From Eledone cirrhosa (Eukaryota), in contig OZ024743.1 of the NCBI GenBank assembly GCA_964016885.1, forward strand, positions 145,700,001 to 145,764,000: a stretch of DNA of 64,000 bases, read 5' to 3'. The position numbers and the translations under genes are program-made. Positions 25,363 through 38,791 of this stretch are shown piece after piece; the stretch's first letter is position 1; each line of letters begins with the position of its first letter. Below the pieces are notes generated by a model. That model worked only from the letters and a program-made list of their open reading frames with translations. It made no database searches and was not told the DNA's origin.

Positions 25363-25398
25363 TCTTCTGATGAAGAACTGGTGTCCGAAAGGTCGAGA
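25363..25398 (+). ncRNA. Degenerate minimal hammerhead-like motif
   Basis: UCUU-CUGAUGA-agaacugguguc c-GAAA-GG-UC-GAGA; core present, stems II and III poor. Confidence 0.4.
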
Positions 25399-25486
25399 CT
25401 CTTTTCTTAATATATCAAGCGTTAAAGTAATATATTTCTTCATTGTACTATTTGCTATCGTTCGCTTTGTTATTTCTATTTACTTT

Positions 25487-25491
<5 letters not shown>

Positions 25492-25579
<88 letters not shown>
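25492..25579 (+). repeat. (CA)n microsatellite
   Basis: Directly visible. Confidence 0.97.
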
Positions 25580-25580
<1 letters not shown>

Positions 25581-25860
25581 CTGTATGGGAGCATCCCAAA
25601 AGTCAGCTCAAAAGTGACACAGAGGAGACTGAGGTTAGCTGGACATGCTCACCGACATCCAGAGTTGACATTGCACTCAGTACTCCTTTGGGAGCCCCTA
25701 CATGGACACACTAGAAGAGGAAGACCAAGGTTAACGTATGTTGATGCCCTAAGGACAGACACTGGTCTGTTGGAGATGCAGGACATGGCAGCGATAATGA
25801 GGGACAGAGACCGCTGGAGAGAACTCGTCCATGGATCTCGGGAATTTTACCCGCCTTAGA
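25580..25860 (+). mobile_element. RTE/RTE-X-like LINE 3' fragment
   Basis: RRLRLAGHAHRHPE...LLWEPLHGHTRRGRPRLTYVD...MRDRDRWRE; flanked by (CA)n and (TAGA)/(TA)n. Confidence 0.8.
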
Positions 25861-25861
25861 T

Positions 25862-25899
<38 letters not shown>

Positions 25900-25980
25900 G
25901 TTATTCCGGGTTGAAACGGAGGTAACCACAGTAAGTAAGGTACTCAATACATAGTAGAGTATAACAGTTTTAATATAGAT

Positions 25981-26033
25981 GAGATTCTACAGGACTAGAA
26001 CTGTTTCATTCATAAGAAATCATCAGGAATCCC
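25981..26033 (-). ncRNA. Type I hammerhead ribozyme motif
   Basis: GGGAUUC-CUGAUGA-u UUC uuau GAA u-GAAA-CAG uucuaguc CUG-UA-GAAUCUC: full core, 7-bp stem I (one G-U), paired stem III, GUA triplet. Confidence 0.82.
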
Positions 26034-26078
26034 TGATGATTTCTTATGAATGAAACAGTTCTAGTCCTGTAGAATCTC
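26033..26078 (+). ncRNA. Hammerhead core copy lacking its own 5' stem I strand
   Basis: Same core and stems II/III as 25981-26033, but preceded by gaatcc rather than gattc. Confidence 0.6.
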
Positions 26079-26089
26079 ATCTATATTAA

Positions 26090-26161
<72 letters not shown>

Positions 26162-26164
<3 letters not shown>

Positions 26165-26210
26165 TCCTGATGATTTCTTATGAATGAAACAGTTCTAGTC
26201 CTGTAGAATC
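26162..26210 (+). ncRNA. Type I hammerhead ribozyme motif (third copy)
   Basis: GAUUC-CUGAUGA...GAAA-CAG...CUG-UA-GAAUC between (TA)n tracts. Confidence 0.8.
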
Positions 26211-26223
26211 TCATCTATATTAA

Positions 26224-26371
<148 letters not shown>

Positions 26372-28139
26372 CCATTTGTAACTCGTTGTATTTTCTATGT
26401 CATTGCTACAATAAGAACTTCGCTTTCTAATCACAAGGTCCTGCCTTCTAACGCCACATTTGTCTCTGTAAATAGTTATACATAGAATTCTGTCTATCAT
26501 GTGTACATATATGCTCAGCATTTATGTAATTATATCCTAGAAATAAATTATTAAAGTATCATTTTTATCTTTAATCATTTCCACAACATAAACTATAGGG
26601 TTTTTCTTATGCAAACTATCTTTATCAAAATGCAAATTTTCCAGTTTGTATTATTTTCCATATATCTTATAACCCTGGTATATATAGCATACCAATCCTG
26701 GACTAAAAAAAAATAAAATACATTCAACGCTGTTTCAGCCATTACTGACAGCATTGGTCCATTGATATAAAATAAGTTTTGTAGAAAATTTAATAACAAA
26801 TACAATTTCTAGAGATGAACAAAATGCAATGTTGTTCCTATCCATAAGAAGGTATCAAATTGTTGTCAGTAAAAGTTAAATTTCGGAAGAAGGTGGTGGT
26901 CCAATGCTGCAAGTATATGAACAGGGGATAGAGGGGAAGAGACGTGTGAATCGGAGGAGCTTGGGTAGAAGTAGATCACCACTAGCGAATTCAGATAAAC
27001 TTTTATAGTAACAATGGTTGTTGCTCTTGAAGTTTAGCCCCAGGTCGGCCTTGATTGAACAAACTTATAATCAAGGCCGTTTTACTTATAACCATTTTGT
27101 CTTTGTTTCTACGTATATATCCAGGACCACATTATCCTAGCTGTCCTTCCATTTTCTTATGGAGGGGATTTGTCTACTATTTCTACTATTTCTAGCAGGT
27201 TAAGCGGCCGTGTAATGGCGAACATTTTAGTTTGGTGTATCTAAATTTGTTTTAATAATCCTATTATTGGAGTGTCATATTCTAAAACTAAGTCAATAAA
27301 ATGTTACCTTAATTTATTTTTAATCCATCATATATAAACTAAAATCCCGTATCGTGTCTACTGAAAAATAGCTTTGTCATCATTGATATAGTCTCCTTCG
27401 TTAACTCGTAGTGGAGACATATGGAGAGTGTGTGTTGGCTAAATATGTTGGTTAAATACGCCTCTTTTGGTGATGGATGTAATTAAGAATATTTTGTGCC
27501 TAGCAATTGATCTGTCTCAGATATGCGAGAAATGCATTAGTGCAAAGTCCGCAGCTGTTCAGAACTGAAATAATTTGTTCTACATAGCTTTTCAAATGCT
27601 ATGTTATAGATATGTGGTTACCATGAGACACGACCAGAGGTTGTGAAAATTATTATGTTGTAAGTTAAATCTTAATGAGCGATAATGTGACTGCTAGTTG
27701 AATTTATCGGAAGAGAATGAGTATATGGACGACATAGGAGATAATTGGATTCCAATTAATGCAGTTCATAGGAAAGGTAAGGGATGAGTTTCTTGTTAGA
27801 TCTATCAAGGAAAACATTTTATAGATATTTGGTAGAAAGATAGTTGGCGTGTATTTGCATATGTCAGACGAAAGCAAGCTTCCAAAATAAATATTCTCTG
27901 ACATAAGCACAAGTCCACAAATCCCTGGAAGGTGAGCTAAGTTGATAAAATCGACCTCATAGTACTTAAATTTATTGAGACAAAGCCCAAGACATTCATA
28001 AATGCTGCAATAAAATTTTGGAAGATGAACGACAACCTTGAGATGCTGCACTTACATAAAAGAAAAATAAATATTTTCAATTTAAGATATTTATTGAAAG
28101 GTTAATGCCATTTCTTGAATCACCATCTAATATTTAAAG

Positions 28140-28325
28140 AGGAAATGAATGCCTCTTACAATATATTCTTTAACATAACAGAAATATAATTAAACAAACA
28201 ATTGGAGACACTGTTATACCAGCTGTTATTTGGAAGGATTCTGAACCTATCTTTAAGGTCATTCCTCTTAGTAACAATACAGTAAAATGTATTTATGAGA
28301 GTGCAGAAGATGTTGAAAATACAAT
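28140..28325 (+). mobile_element. hAT (Charlie/Buster-like) transposase relic
   Basis: ASYNI...KVIPLSNNTVKCIYESAEDVE resembles the IPLSxxTVxRRI motif of Buster-type transposases. Confidence 0.55.
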
Positions 28326-28751
28326 AAACTCAGCCAGGTAGATCATAGCGTGATTTAAACTCAGAATGTAAAGAGCTGAAATTATTCAATAAGAAATAAA
28401 GCGAAAGACGAAAACAATCGAATGAGGCGATCTACGTTTCTTTTATATATACACTCATGGGTCTGCATGATTTTGTAATATAAATGAAGAAAAAAGAAAC
28501 ATTTAATCAAAGATTTAACTCAGATTATTCAATTTAATGTTTAGAATAAAGGTATTTCAAGTCCTTTATATGTTAGCATAATAAAGATAAAGCCTACATC
28601 AGCTGGATTCAAACTCATAACTTAATAAAGGAATAATAATATATAAAATTGAAAGGTAGCCAATATGCGGGTCGAACGGACAGAATTTGCGTTGTCTTTG
28701 GAAATTGACAGATTTGACGTGAGAAATTAAGAAGTAGATGGAACATAAAAG

Positions 28752-29012
28752 ATCCCATAACTCCTTGTGGAATCGTAGTGGCATCGTCATATGGCGTATC
28801 TAGGGCACTTTTAAACCTGGCGGAGCCCAACCCTCTCCTTTCTATAGAAGAAGAATCGACCCCAGTACTGGGGTGTTACTTTTTTATTGACCTCGAAAGG
28901 ATGAAAGGCAAAGTTGACCACGGCGGGATTTGAACTCAGAGTGCGCAATGAGGTGGGACAAATACTATAAAGCATTCTATCCGACGTCTTAACGACTCTG
29001 CCAATTCGCCAC
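28752..29012 (-). mobile_element. tRNA-derived SINE with 3' tail
   Basis: SINE body ~28855-29012 plus tail homologous to 565-690. Confidence 0.8.
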
Positions 29013-29064
29013 TTTAGATGGAACATACACATCAACAAACATTTACAAATGTATAATATGCAAG

Positions 29065-29280
29065 CGCAAGTATGGCTGTGTTGTTAAGGAGGTCATTTCG
29101 CAACCACATAGTTTCGGGTTCACTCCTACTGCGTAGCACCTTGAACAAGTGTCTTTTGCTAAAGACCAAAATCTATACAAACCCGGGGGGGGGGGGGGTA
29201 AGTGTGTGTGTGTGTGTGTGTCCTTGTCTGTATCTATCTTTATGTCCCGTAACTTAGCGGTTCAACAAAAAAAGAGATCG
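29065..29280 (+). mobile_element. CORE-like tRNA-derived SINE (also ~41380-41700, ~49143-49480, ~62830-63050)
   Basis: ggctgtgt(g/t)gttaag...gggttc...gcaccttg..caagtgtct motif recurs in these copies. Confidence 0.7.
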
Positions 29281-30682
29281 GTGGGTAGGTAGGTAGACAG
29301 TATGTAGGTAAGTTATATCAAATCTGACAGCTGGTTAGGCTGATATTTTACCTGAATTATCGTTTACATCAGTTTCCGAATCTAACTTAAGTAAGACATA
29401 TATTTGGCCTAAAATAAATCCTACATAGACACCAGTATAAATATTGCTAGACTGTGATAATCTTATATCCATTAATTGAATGATATATCTTCTTGAATTA
29501 TCTTACTCAGACACTAGATTGAAGAAATTTGTTTTGTGATTTATGTAGGATTTTTTCTCGTTTGGGTTGTGTGTCTATGTTTGTTGTGTGCGCGCGCACG
29601 TGTTTCCTTATGACAGGCAGCATAGATTATTTTTGTTGGTTTCTCATTGTCAGAAAGTGTCAAAAAGATCAAATGTTGAGAAAGAAGATTAAGAAGTTTC
29701 GTTTATCAACATCCCTTGGCAACACAGTTACACAGTAACTATAGCTTTTTATGGCATCTATATTTTCTTTCTATCTCGATATAATGGTTTTCAGACGTAT
29801 TGAAATTTAATGATTGAAAGATGTTTCAATTTTTACATCCTATTCATATCATATTAGAACTCAGTATAAATTGTTTTTAATATAATTGTAGAAAATAAAA
29901 GAGTACAGAAATAACACTATACTCAAATTTTCCTTTATTTTCACGTGCTACAAGAAGATAGACCTCTTCCGGTCCATGAGACACTAGAATTTCTTACAAA
30001 TGTACTAATATCTTGCTCTGGAACCCTGACTCCAGCCTGACTAGGAGTAGGAAGCTGTGATTCCCTGATGTTATCTCTAGGGATACGGGAATCAGCAGAC
30101 AGGACCTGGGGGCAGCGACGGGGGACGGGGGATTCTGGGGCATGAGAGTGAGATCCATCATCTCGACAGTAGTCGACGAGTGATGATGATGTGACTTAGT
30201 TAAGAGTAGCAAGAACAGTTTGTTCATCACTACCAAGTGTTAAATGAAAAAAATATTCGTTTGAATTCAGGTTTATGTGGCTCAAATAGCTGTCAGAATA
30301 TTACTCAGGGATTGGCTAAATACCAAAATACCACCTGAGAGATCCGCTAAAGGATCGATATCAAAGAAAATGTAGCGAAACCGAATAAGGATACAAATAT
30401 ACAAACAGGAGTCAAGGATACTGATGGTGATTTAGTCAAGGGACCGACAGAAACATATCGTTATGCGACATAATGTACACACTGGGAATCTACATGTGTG
30501 TGTAAAATTGCTAGTTGGTTTGCATGATGTGTGCTTAAGATAGAAATGAACTTTTCAGGTGTGTACATATGTATGCAAAATGCATGTGAATCTGTATGGT
30601 GTGAAGATATGTGTTTTAATGTAAGTGAGCCTGCAGAAAGTGAATGAACAACGGTCTCAGTACTTTTGCAAATATATATAAA

Positions 30683-31574
30683 CTAGCTGACGTACCCAGC
30701 TTCGCCTGGGTAAACAGATGATAAGAGAAGACAGGTAAAAGAGAAAATGACTGTATTGGATGTTTGTCTGGTTACAGTATGAGGCGAGTCTGTGGTGTCT
30801 GTGTGATACAGAAAACAGTAAAAAAAAATCTTCCAGATATACCAGATTCTTCGTTGTACCGTTTGTACATAGTATATGAACAATTCTAGGTGCTCCCACC
30901 TAGAATAGTGACCTCTAGGAGATCTTCTGCCTGGCTGTAAAACGTGTATCATTGCATAGACGTGGTTGTTCCACGTTTCTCAAAAGGATGATGGAAGTTC
31001 CAATCTTTTATATTATATGTAGATATAGATGTAGATAATTAATATAAAAGATGATGCTCAGCCAGTTCGTCTTCAACCATCGCAGCACACCGTCGCTGCT
31101 TGGCTCCAGTGTTTTGTTGGCGTTGGTCAGCCAGCTCCTCTTCATTCATGGCGGCACGTCTTGCCTCTGAAGTTCGGTGTTCCGATGGCGCTGTTCGACC
31201 TGTTTTTCTTCATTCCTGGCTGCACGCCATCGCCGCTGTAGTTCACTGTTTGATAAAGTCGAATTGCTTTTACTTTCTGTGGAACGCTGCACGCACGCAC
31301 ATACACACACACACACACACACATAAACATACGCGCACGCACACACACATAAACATACGCGCACGTAAATACACACGCACACATGGTAATAGTTACAGCG
31401 TTCACTTTGTCTCTCTGTTTCTTACTTTCCCCTCTCACTCCCTCATTGGCATTATGCATATTAATTTAAGTTTGGCGTCGTTGAGGTGGGCGGAGTCGTT
31501 TGAAACCTATGAACCAATGATAATAGAGAATTATGACACACGGAATACTGACGTTGTTGAATTTAATATATAGA
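30683..31574 (-). mobile_element. Helitron internal-deletion derivative (array unit 5)
   Basis: Minus strand TCtatatattaa... to hairpin tacccagg-cgaag-ctgggta + cgtcagCTAG|t; keeps both ends of the large element. Confidence 0.85.
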
Positions 31575-32072
<498 letters not shown>

Positions 32073-35000
32073 CTAGCTGACGTACCCAGCTTCGCCCGGG
32101 TAAGCAGATGATAAAAGAAGACAGGTAAAAGAGAAAATGACTGTATTGGATGTTTAACTGGTTACAGTATGAGGCGAGTCCGTGGTGTCTGTGTGATACA
32201 AAAAACACTAAAAAAAATCTTCCAGATATACCAGATTCTTCATTGTACCGTTTGTGCATAGTATATGAACAATTCTAGGCGCTCCCACCTAGAATAGTGA
32301 CCTCTAGGAGATGGTTCATCTTCTGCCTGACTGTAAAACGTGTATCATTGCATAGACGTGGTTGTTCCACGTTTCTCAAAAGGATGATGGAAGTTCCAAT
32401 CTTTTATATTATATGTAGATATAGATATAGATAATTAATATAAAAGATGTCCTTCAATGTAAAAAAGGTCCCTATTTACTTGAAATAGTTTATACAAATG
32501 CCAAATTAATATGGATATGGATAACATGCTTATCTATAAGTGGTCAGCTATAATAATAAAACAACAAATTATATGACACAAAAATTTATTCAGTAATTTC
32601 CAGGCTCTTAGCCACTGAGTAATAGACGGTCAATGTTACCCAGAGTTCAACTCGGGGAGGTGGCCTTCTACTTCAAAAATAGAATCGTTTTTCAATATTA
32701 CTCTAGCCCTGGCCGGCCATAGGATCTAACCTTTTTGCTAGACTCAGCATATGATGAGGTTTTATTACCACCGCAATCAGAAGCGATAAATTTGAAGACA
32801 ATTTCTACCAATACTTGTTGGTATTTATTGCGCAACATAGCAGTGAAAGCAATTTATACCAATACTTGTTTGTTTTTATTGCTCATAACGACATTAAATG
32901 ACATTGAACGTAAATGATAACTCTGTCAAAGCTCACAATACTGATCAAAGGACACCAATATCCGAATCATTTACGTCGTTTATTGATAGCATTAAAGATA
33001 TGCATACATCAGCTCAAAGCTTCATTATAGACAATATTCAGGGTTGTTCTTCTGTTAGTGGTATCAATTGCAAATGTTATACCATCAGGATCGCACACTT
33101 GAGATGCAGCAACATACAGTTGCCCATGGCTGACTGCTGGATCATTCAAGTAGACACCGACTCGCTTGAAAGTCTGTCCCTGTGCCTTGTTGGCAGTCAT
33201 GGAGAAGGCCAAATTGACGGGAAACTGTCTCCTTTGCCAAATGAATGGCAGCAGATTCTTCCCTTGGTCTCAGCATGATCCTCGGAATGAGAACCGATTC
33301 CTCTCTGCCTGGGAGTTTATCTTCTAAAACCGTTAATCAATCTCTCAACAATCAATCTGGTACCATTGCAAAGACCCATTTTATGATTGATATTTCTAAG
33401 CAATATAAGCGGCATACCCTTTTTCAACCTCAAAATATGTGGGGGAAATCCGGGTATTTGAAGTGAATTCAGATACTCAGTCGGAACATCCATATTGTTC
33501 TGCTGATTATGCTCCATTGCATCCGCACTGACGGTCAACTATTCCTCTCCAGGAAACATTCCGGCTACTTGTGAATTTATTTCATCGACCGTTGCATTCG
33601 TATGAGTTAGAATAACGCGTTCCGATATCCAGGAGATATTCTACCAAAAAGCATTCAAATTAGGGAACACCCAGTCAATCAATGCTTGGCGGTCCAGTGG
33701 CATGACCAAATGGTCTGGGATTCTTACAGTCTGATTATCACCAACGTGTGGCAATTCATCGTTTCCCAACTGCGTCAACCATCGGCCGTATGTCTCAGCC
33801 TCTTCGTTTTTGCCCGAACATACGAAGTCGCATATTATCGTGTAATCGCAAAACTCTGAAATGGCGTTACAATGGGGTCTTTTTCAGACATGCATCGACA
33901 ATTTGCGTTCTTTGAGCATTCCTAACAATTGGTAGCACCTGTCTGAAATCGCCACCAAGAACTGAATGGCAGGTCACTACCGCAGATATCTCTGAAAGAT
34001 CTGTCCAATGCCTCCAGCAAATATATGTGTGCCATTGGAGCCTCGTCCCAAATAATCAGAGACGTATTGCGTATAAGGCCCGTGAGTTCACTTTGTCCTG
34101 TAATGTTACAGACACTCAACTCATCCGGAGCCAATGGAGCCTTGAAGCATGAATGGAAGGTCCTTCCATCACTCAGCAAAGTGCCAGCGATCCCACTGGT
34201 GGCCACAGGGAGAGCAATCTTCCTCTGAGCTCTGCCTGTCGATAACATAGTGTTGAAACAGAATGTCTTTCCGGTGCCTCCTGGAGCATCTATGAAAGCA
34301 CAAAGTTGCTCATTAGTGGAAATCGAATGGAGAACGCCATCGACCAATTCTCTCTGAGATTGGGTCAACATTGGCATACGTTCATCCACAATACGTTGCT
34401 GTTCCAGTGGATCAAACTGGAATAGTTCCCTCCGATCGAGTGGCAACCGTCTTAGCTGCAATCTCATGTTCAATGCTAAGAGTTGCCGCATTTCTTCATC
34501 AGGAATTGGCAAATTGAAATCTGTTAAACATTTGAAATGAACTTCAAGCAGTTGCTCAATATTGAGCAAAACAATAGCTTTCATCAAATTTTCATCATCG
34601 ACCTGAAGATGATGCCTAAAATCATCAGCCATAATTCCCCAATCGGCAGGATTGCAGAATCCTAGAATCGTGACAAACAAATGCCTTATTTGAGATGGCA
34701 TCTGTGTTGTTCCTGCAGCTTCCATGGCGTTATTCCATTCAGCGTCATCCTGAAGGAGTCCCAGATGCACACACACAGCCTGGTATGTTTCATATTCCAC
34801 GCCATTGATTGTTTTCAAATCAGCGAAGCTCTGTTTACCTCTCGAAAAATCACTATGCAACAGAATTCGGAGATAAAACACATCATCAGATGCTGGATGG
34901 ACATTACAAACCCGTCCAATAGTCATGAATCTCAACTTTTGTTTTCTATCATTCCATTTCTTTCCCTTCTTATCCCACGTATAGTGCGAAGGGAAATCGC

Positions 35001-38000
35001 AGTAGAGTTGCCTTTCATCCGGGTTCAAAGCATGTTCCCTATTATGCTTGAACCACTGTCAATTCCGTCTTAGGTGGTGGTGCGTTAGCAATTCTTTCGA
35101 CACCTATTCTAGTGTCCTGAAAACAGACCATTTGCCTATTCTCTAACTGAACCGTCAGTTTCTGAACGCTGGGTTTGCGTTCATTGAGATCAAAATCGAA
35201 CAATCTCCAGCAAGCTTCGCTAGATCCAATCGAGCGAACATCCTGGAACCTGCCAACTTCATCTCCTTGGTTCGCTTCCTCATTCCTGACATTGATCATT
35301 GCCCGATCATGACCTTTGTAAACATATTTGAATAGATATTTGCAAGCTTTCACTGAGCTACAAATTTCCACATTAATATGACAACGATATTTCATAATCA
35401 AATATGGATTGTATGGCACAACCCATTGATTAGTAACCTGTCTACCGTTTACATTTTCGACCAAACCGCCATCTGCAGGCGACCGTTTTCTGTATGAGGG
35501 ATGAGCATCCCCTTCGGTCCAGGAAGTGTTCGTGACAAAATATTTCTGAAAGTGCTTACTGCATTGGCCATTTTTCATGCAAGGCGCTTTCCGATTTGCT
35601 ACTCTGCATTGGTTGTGCACCATTGACTTTGCCACCAAGTTGCGTAGTGCCTCATTCTCCGGCAGTTCAGCACACACAATGCTGTCGACATCCTCAGCAC
35701 ATCTCAATTTGCAATCTCTATGTAAAATGATCAGCAAATGTGCATGTGGCAATCCTCTTTTTTGGAATTCCTCCAAAGATTCTCTCTTTTTCCACATCAT
35801 CCATTATCTTTTTCAGATATCCTTTGAATACTCTTGCCACAATATCAGGACGGTTCTTTGGCTGTTGTCCTGGCAAAAGTGCATCCTTAATATCAGTCCA
35901 TTCAGGATTGCATGTAACCGTTATAAACAAATCTGGCTTTCCAAACTTTCTGACAATAGCCATTGCATCCTGATAGCGAATGTTCATATATCTCGGGCCG
36001 CCGATGAACGACGATAGCAAAATGATGCGTCCACCAATTTGCTTGTAATTGGCATCATCGGCTGTTATCGCATCCTGTATATTATTATACAATTCAGCTC
36101 TGATATGTTGCTGATGTGTAGCTATATAATTTAGCCTTTGATTTTCGATCTTTGCGAATGCCATACAACAGTATTCCTGGAACAATCTGCTGGCTTGAAA
36201 TAGCGCATTTCTCTGTTGATTCCTCTCGTTCAAATGGAACGCGTAAAAGTCGCGAATCGAATTATTGTGTCTATTGCCACCTCCCTGCTGATGCTGATTC
36301 TCATGATCATCGAAATGAACAGACATGTTCCATCCATTTTCACCTTTTGGGAATAAAAGAACATAATGCAATGGATTGTATGCCCTATTTGACTCATTGA
36401 TAGTTTTGAGATCACCATCTCTGAGATTGAGGACGATATCTCTCGATCCAGGCTTATCGTCCATCAACACAGCAACTTCACGAAATCCTTCAGGGGCATT
36501 ATATCGCCGTTCGTGTTGATTCCTTGGCACTGCGTCAGCCTTAATCACCAATGTTTGCTGTTAAACATTTTGCAGTTCAGCCACCAACATGAAATCCATA
36601 ACATAAGGATTACACTGTCTAAGCCATGGTTGCAAATCACAAATGAAATCACTTAACCTTTGCCGTTCAAGTTCAGTTATATTTCCAGGCAACTTCATCC
36701 AACCGATCCTGATATCCTCCTCCGATTCACTATAATCTGGATCGTTAACGTAAATTTGAGCGAATCGAGGCCTCTCTCTTGGGGTAACTTCTAAATTACC
36801 GATACAATGATACAAACGGCCTTGAATGACTACATTCGGTTGCCATGCTCCACTCTCAAACATCTCACTAACTCTCTGCGATGCTAAAGATAATGAATTG
36901 TTAATTTGCCGCGAATATTTGCGCAGTAATTTACCTCGGTCTCCTTGATCACCTCACATACTTAGTATTTTAAACTCCGGTGACTCCTCATCATCCGGCA
37001 TTCGCAAGGGTTCTAGTTGAACTGCTCCTTTATGACAGCACATTGTGGTCCACGTCTTTTCGTGCCTCCAAAGCAATGCTCCATAATGTGGACACTCTGC
37101 TCGTCCATCTGAAAATGACACGGTTGACATGATCCATTTTTAATATCATACGTACGCCTTCTAGACTCTTTACTGGAATGAGGAGCACTTTGGCGACACA
37201 TTCTCTGAACTTCTGTATTGCGCTGGCGCTGTTCAGCCAGCTCCTCTTCATCCATCGCAGCACGCCGTTGCTGCTGAATTCTGACCATCTGCTGATGATG
37301 CTCAGCCAGTTCGTCTTCAACCATCGCAGCACGCCGTCGCTGCTTGGCTCCAGTGTTTCGTTGGCGTTGTTCATCAGCTCCTCTTCATTCATGGCGGCAC
37401 GTCTTCGCCTCTGAAGTTCGGCGTTCCCATGGCACTGTTCGACCCGTTTGTTTTCATTGCTGGTTGTACGCCGCCGCCGCTGTAGTTCACTGTTTGATAA
37501 AGTTGAATTGCTTTCATTATCAGTATTCATTTCGAGCAATTGTCAAAAGATGACACAATAATAAATATAAAAGATGTCCGTCAATGTAAAGAAAGGTCCC
37601 TATTTACTCCCTTCACAACTCTGTGTATGTTAGACTGACAGACAGGCACACAGACAGATAAACTGCGTGGCGATTGTGGAACACCACACACGTACACGCA
37701 TGGAAACGCGCACACGCACGCAAACGTACACACACACACACTCACACATGTTGATAGTTTTTACTTTCTGTGGAACGCTGCACGCACGCACACACACATA
37801 AACATACGCGCACGTACATACACACGCACACATGTTAATAGTTATTGAACACAGCGTTCACACTCTCCCCTCTCATTCCCTCATTGGCATTATGCATATT
37901 AATTTAAGTTTGGCGTCGTTGAGGTGGGCGGAGTCATTTGAAACCTATGAACCAATGATAATCGAGAATTATGACCAACGGAATACTGACGTTCTTCAAA

Positions 38001-38012
38001 TTAATAAATAGA
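32073..38012 (-). mobile_element. Decayed autonomous Helitron (unit 3)
   Basis: 5' TCtatttattaa at 38012, 3' hairpin + CTAG at 32073-32076, internal Rep-helicase coding region. Confidence 0.93.
33009..37539 (-). pseudogene. Helitron RepHel (HUH Rep endonuclease + PIF1-family helicase), frameshifted
   Basis: PDLFITVTCNPEW, EFQKRGLPHAHLL (HUH), YLFKYVYKG, DAPGGTGKT (Walker A), IWDEAPM, GLCNGTRL, FSMTANKAQGQT, HGQLYVA. Confidence 0.93.
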
Positions 38013-38791
38013 CTAGCTGACGTACCCAGCTTCGCTCGGGTAAACAGATGATAAGAGAAGACAGGTAAAAGAGAAAATGACTGTATTGGATGTTTGTCTG
38101 GTTACAGTATGAGGCGAGTCCGTGGTGTCTGTGTGATACAAAAAACACTAAAAAAAATCTTCCAGATATACCAGATTCTTCGTTGTACCGTTTGTGCATA
38201 GTATATCAACAATTCTAGGTGCTCCCACCTAGAATAGTGACCTCTAGGAGATGGTTCATCTTCTGCCTGGCTGTAAAACGTGTATCATTGCATAGACGTG
38301 GTTGTAAAAGATGATGATCAGCCAGTTCGTCTTCAACCATCGCAGCACGCCGTCGCTGCTTGGCTCCAGTGTTTCGTTGGCGTTGTTCAGCCAGCTCCTC
38401 TTCATTCATGGCAGCACGTCTTCGCCTCTGAAGTTCGCCGTTCCGATGGCGCTGTTCAGCCCGTTTTTCTTCAATCCTGGCTGCACACCGTCGCCGCTGT
38501 AGTTCACTGTTTGATAAAGTCGAATTGCTTTTACTTTCTGTGGAACGCTGCACGCACGCACACACACATAAACATACGCGCACGTACATACACACGTACA
38601 CATGGTAATAGGTAGAGCGTTCATTTTGCCTCTCTGTTTCTTACTCTCCCATCTCACTCCGTCATTGGCATTATGCATATTAATTTAAGTTTGGCGTCTT
38701 TGAGGTGGGCGGAGTCGTTTGAAACCTATGAACCAATGGTAATCGAGAATTATGACACACGGAATACTGACATTCTTGAAATTAATATATA
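38013..38791 (-). mobile_element. Helitron internal-deletion derivative (unit 2)
   Basis: Same ends as unit 3; CTAG at 38013-38016 joined directly to TC of unit 3. Confidence 0.85.

Larger units (their letters stand above)
25966..26093. repeat. Perfect 62-bp inverted repeat with 4-nt spacer
   Basis: 25966-26027 is the reverse complement of 26032-26093. Confidence 0.95.
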
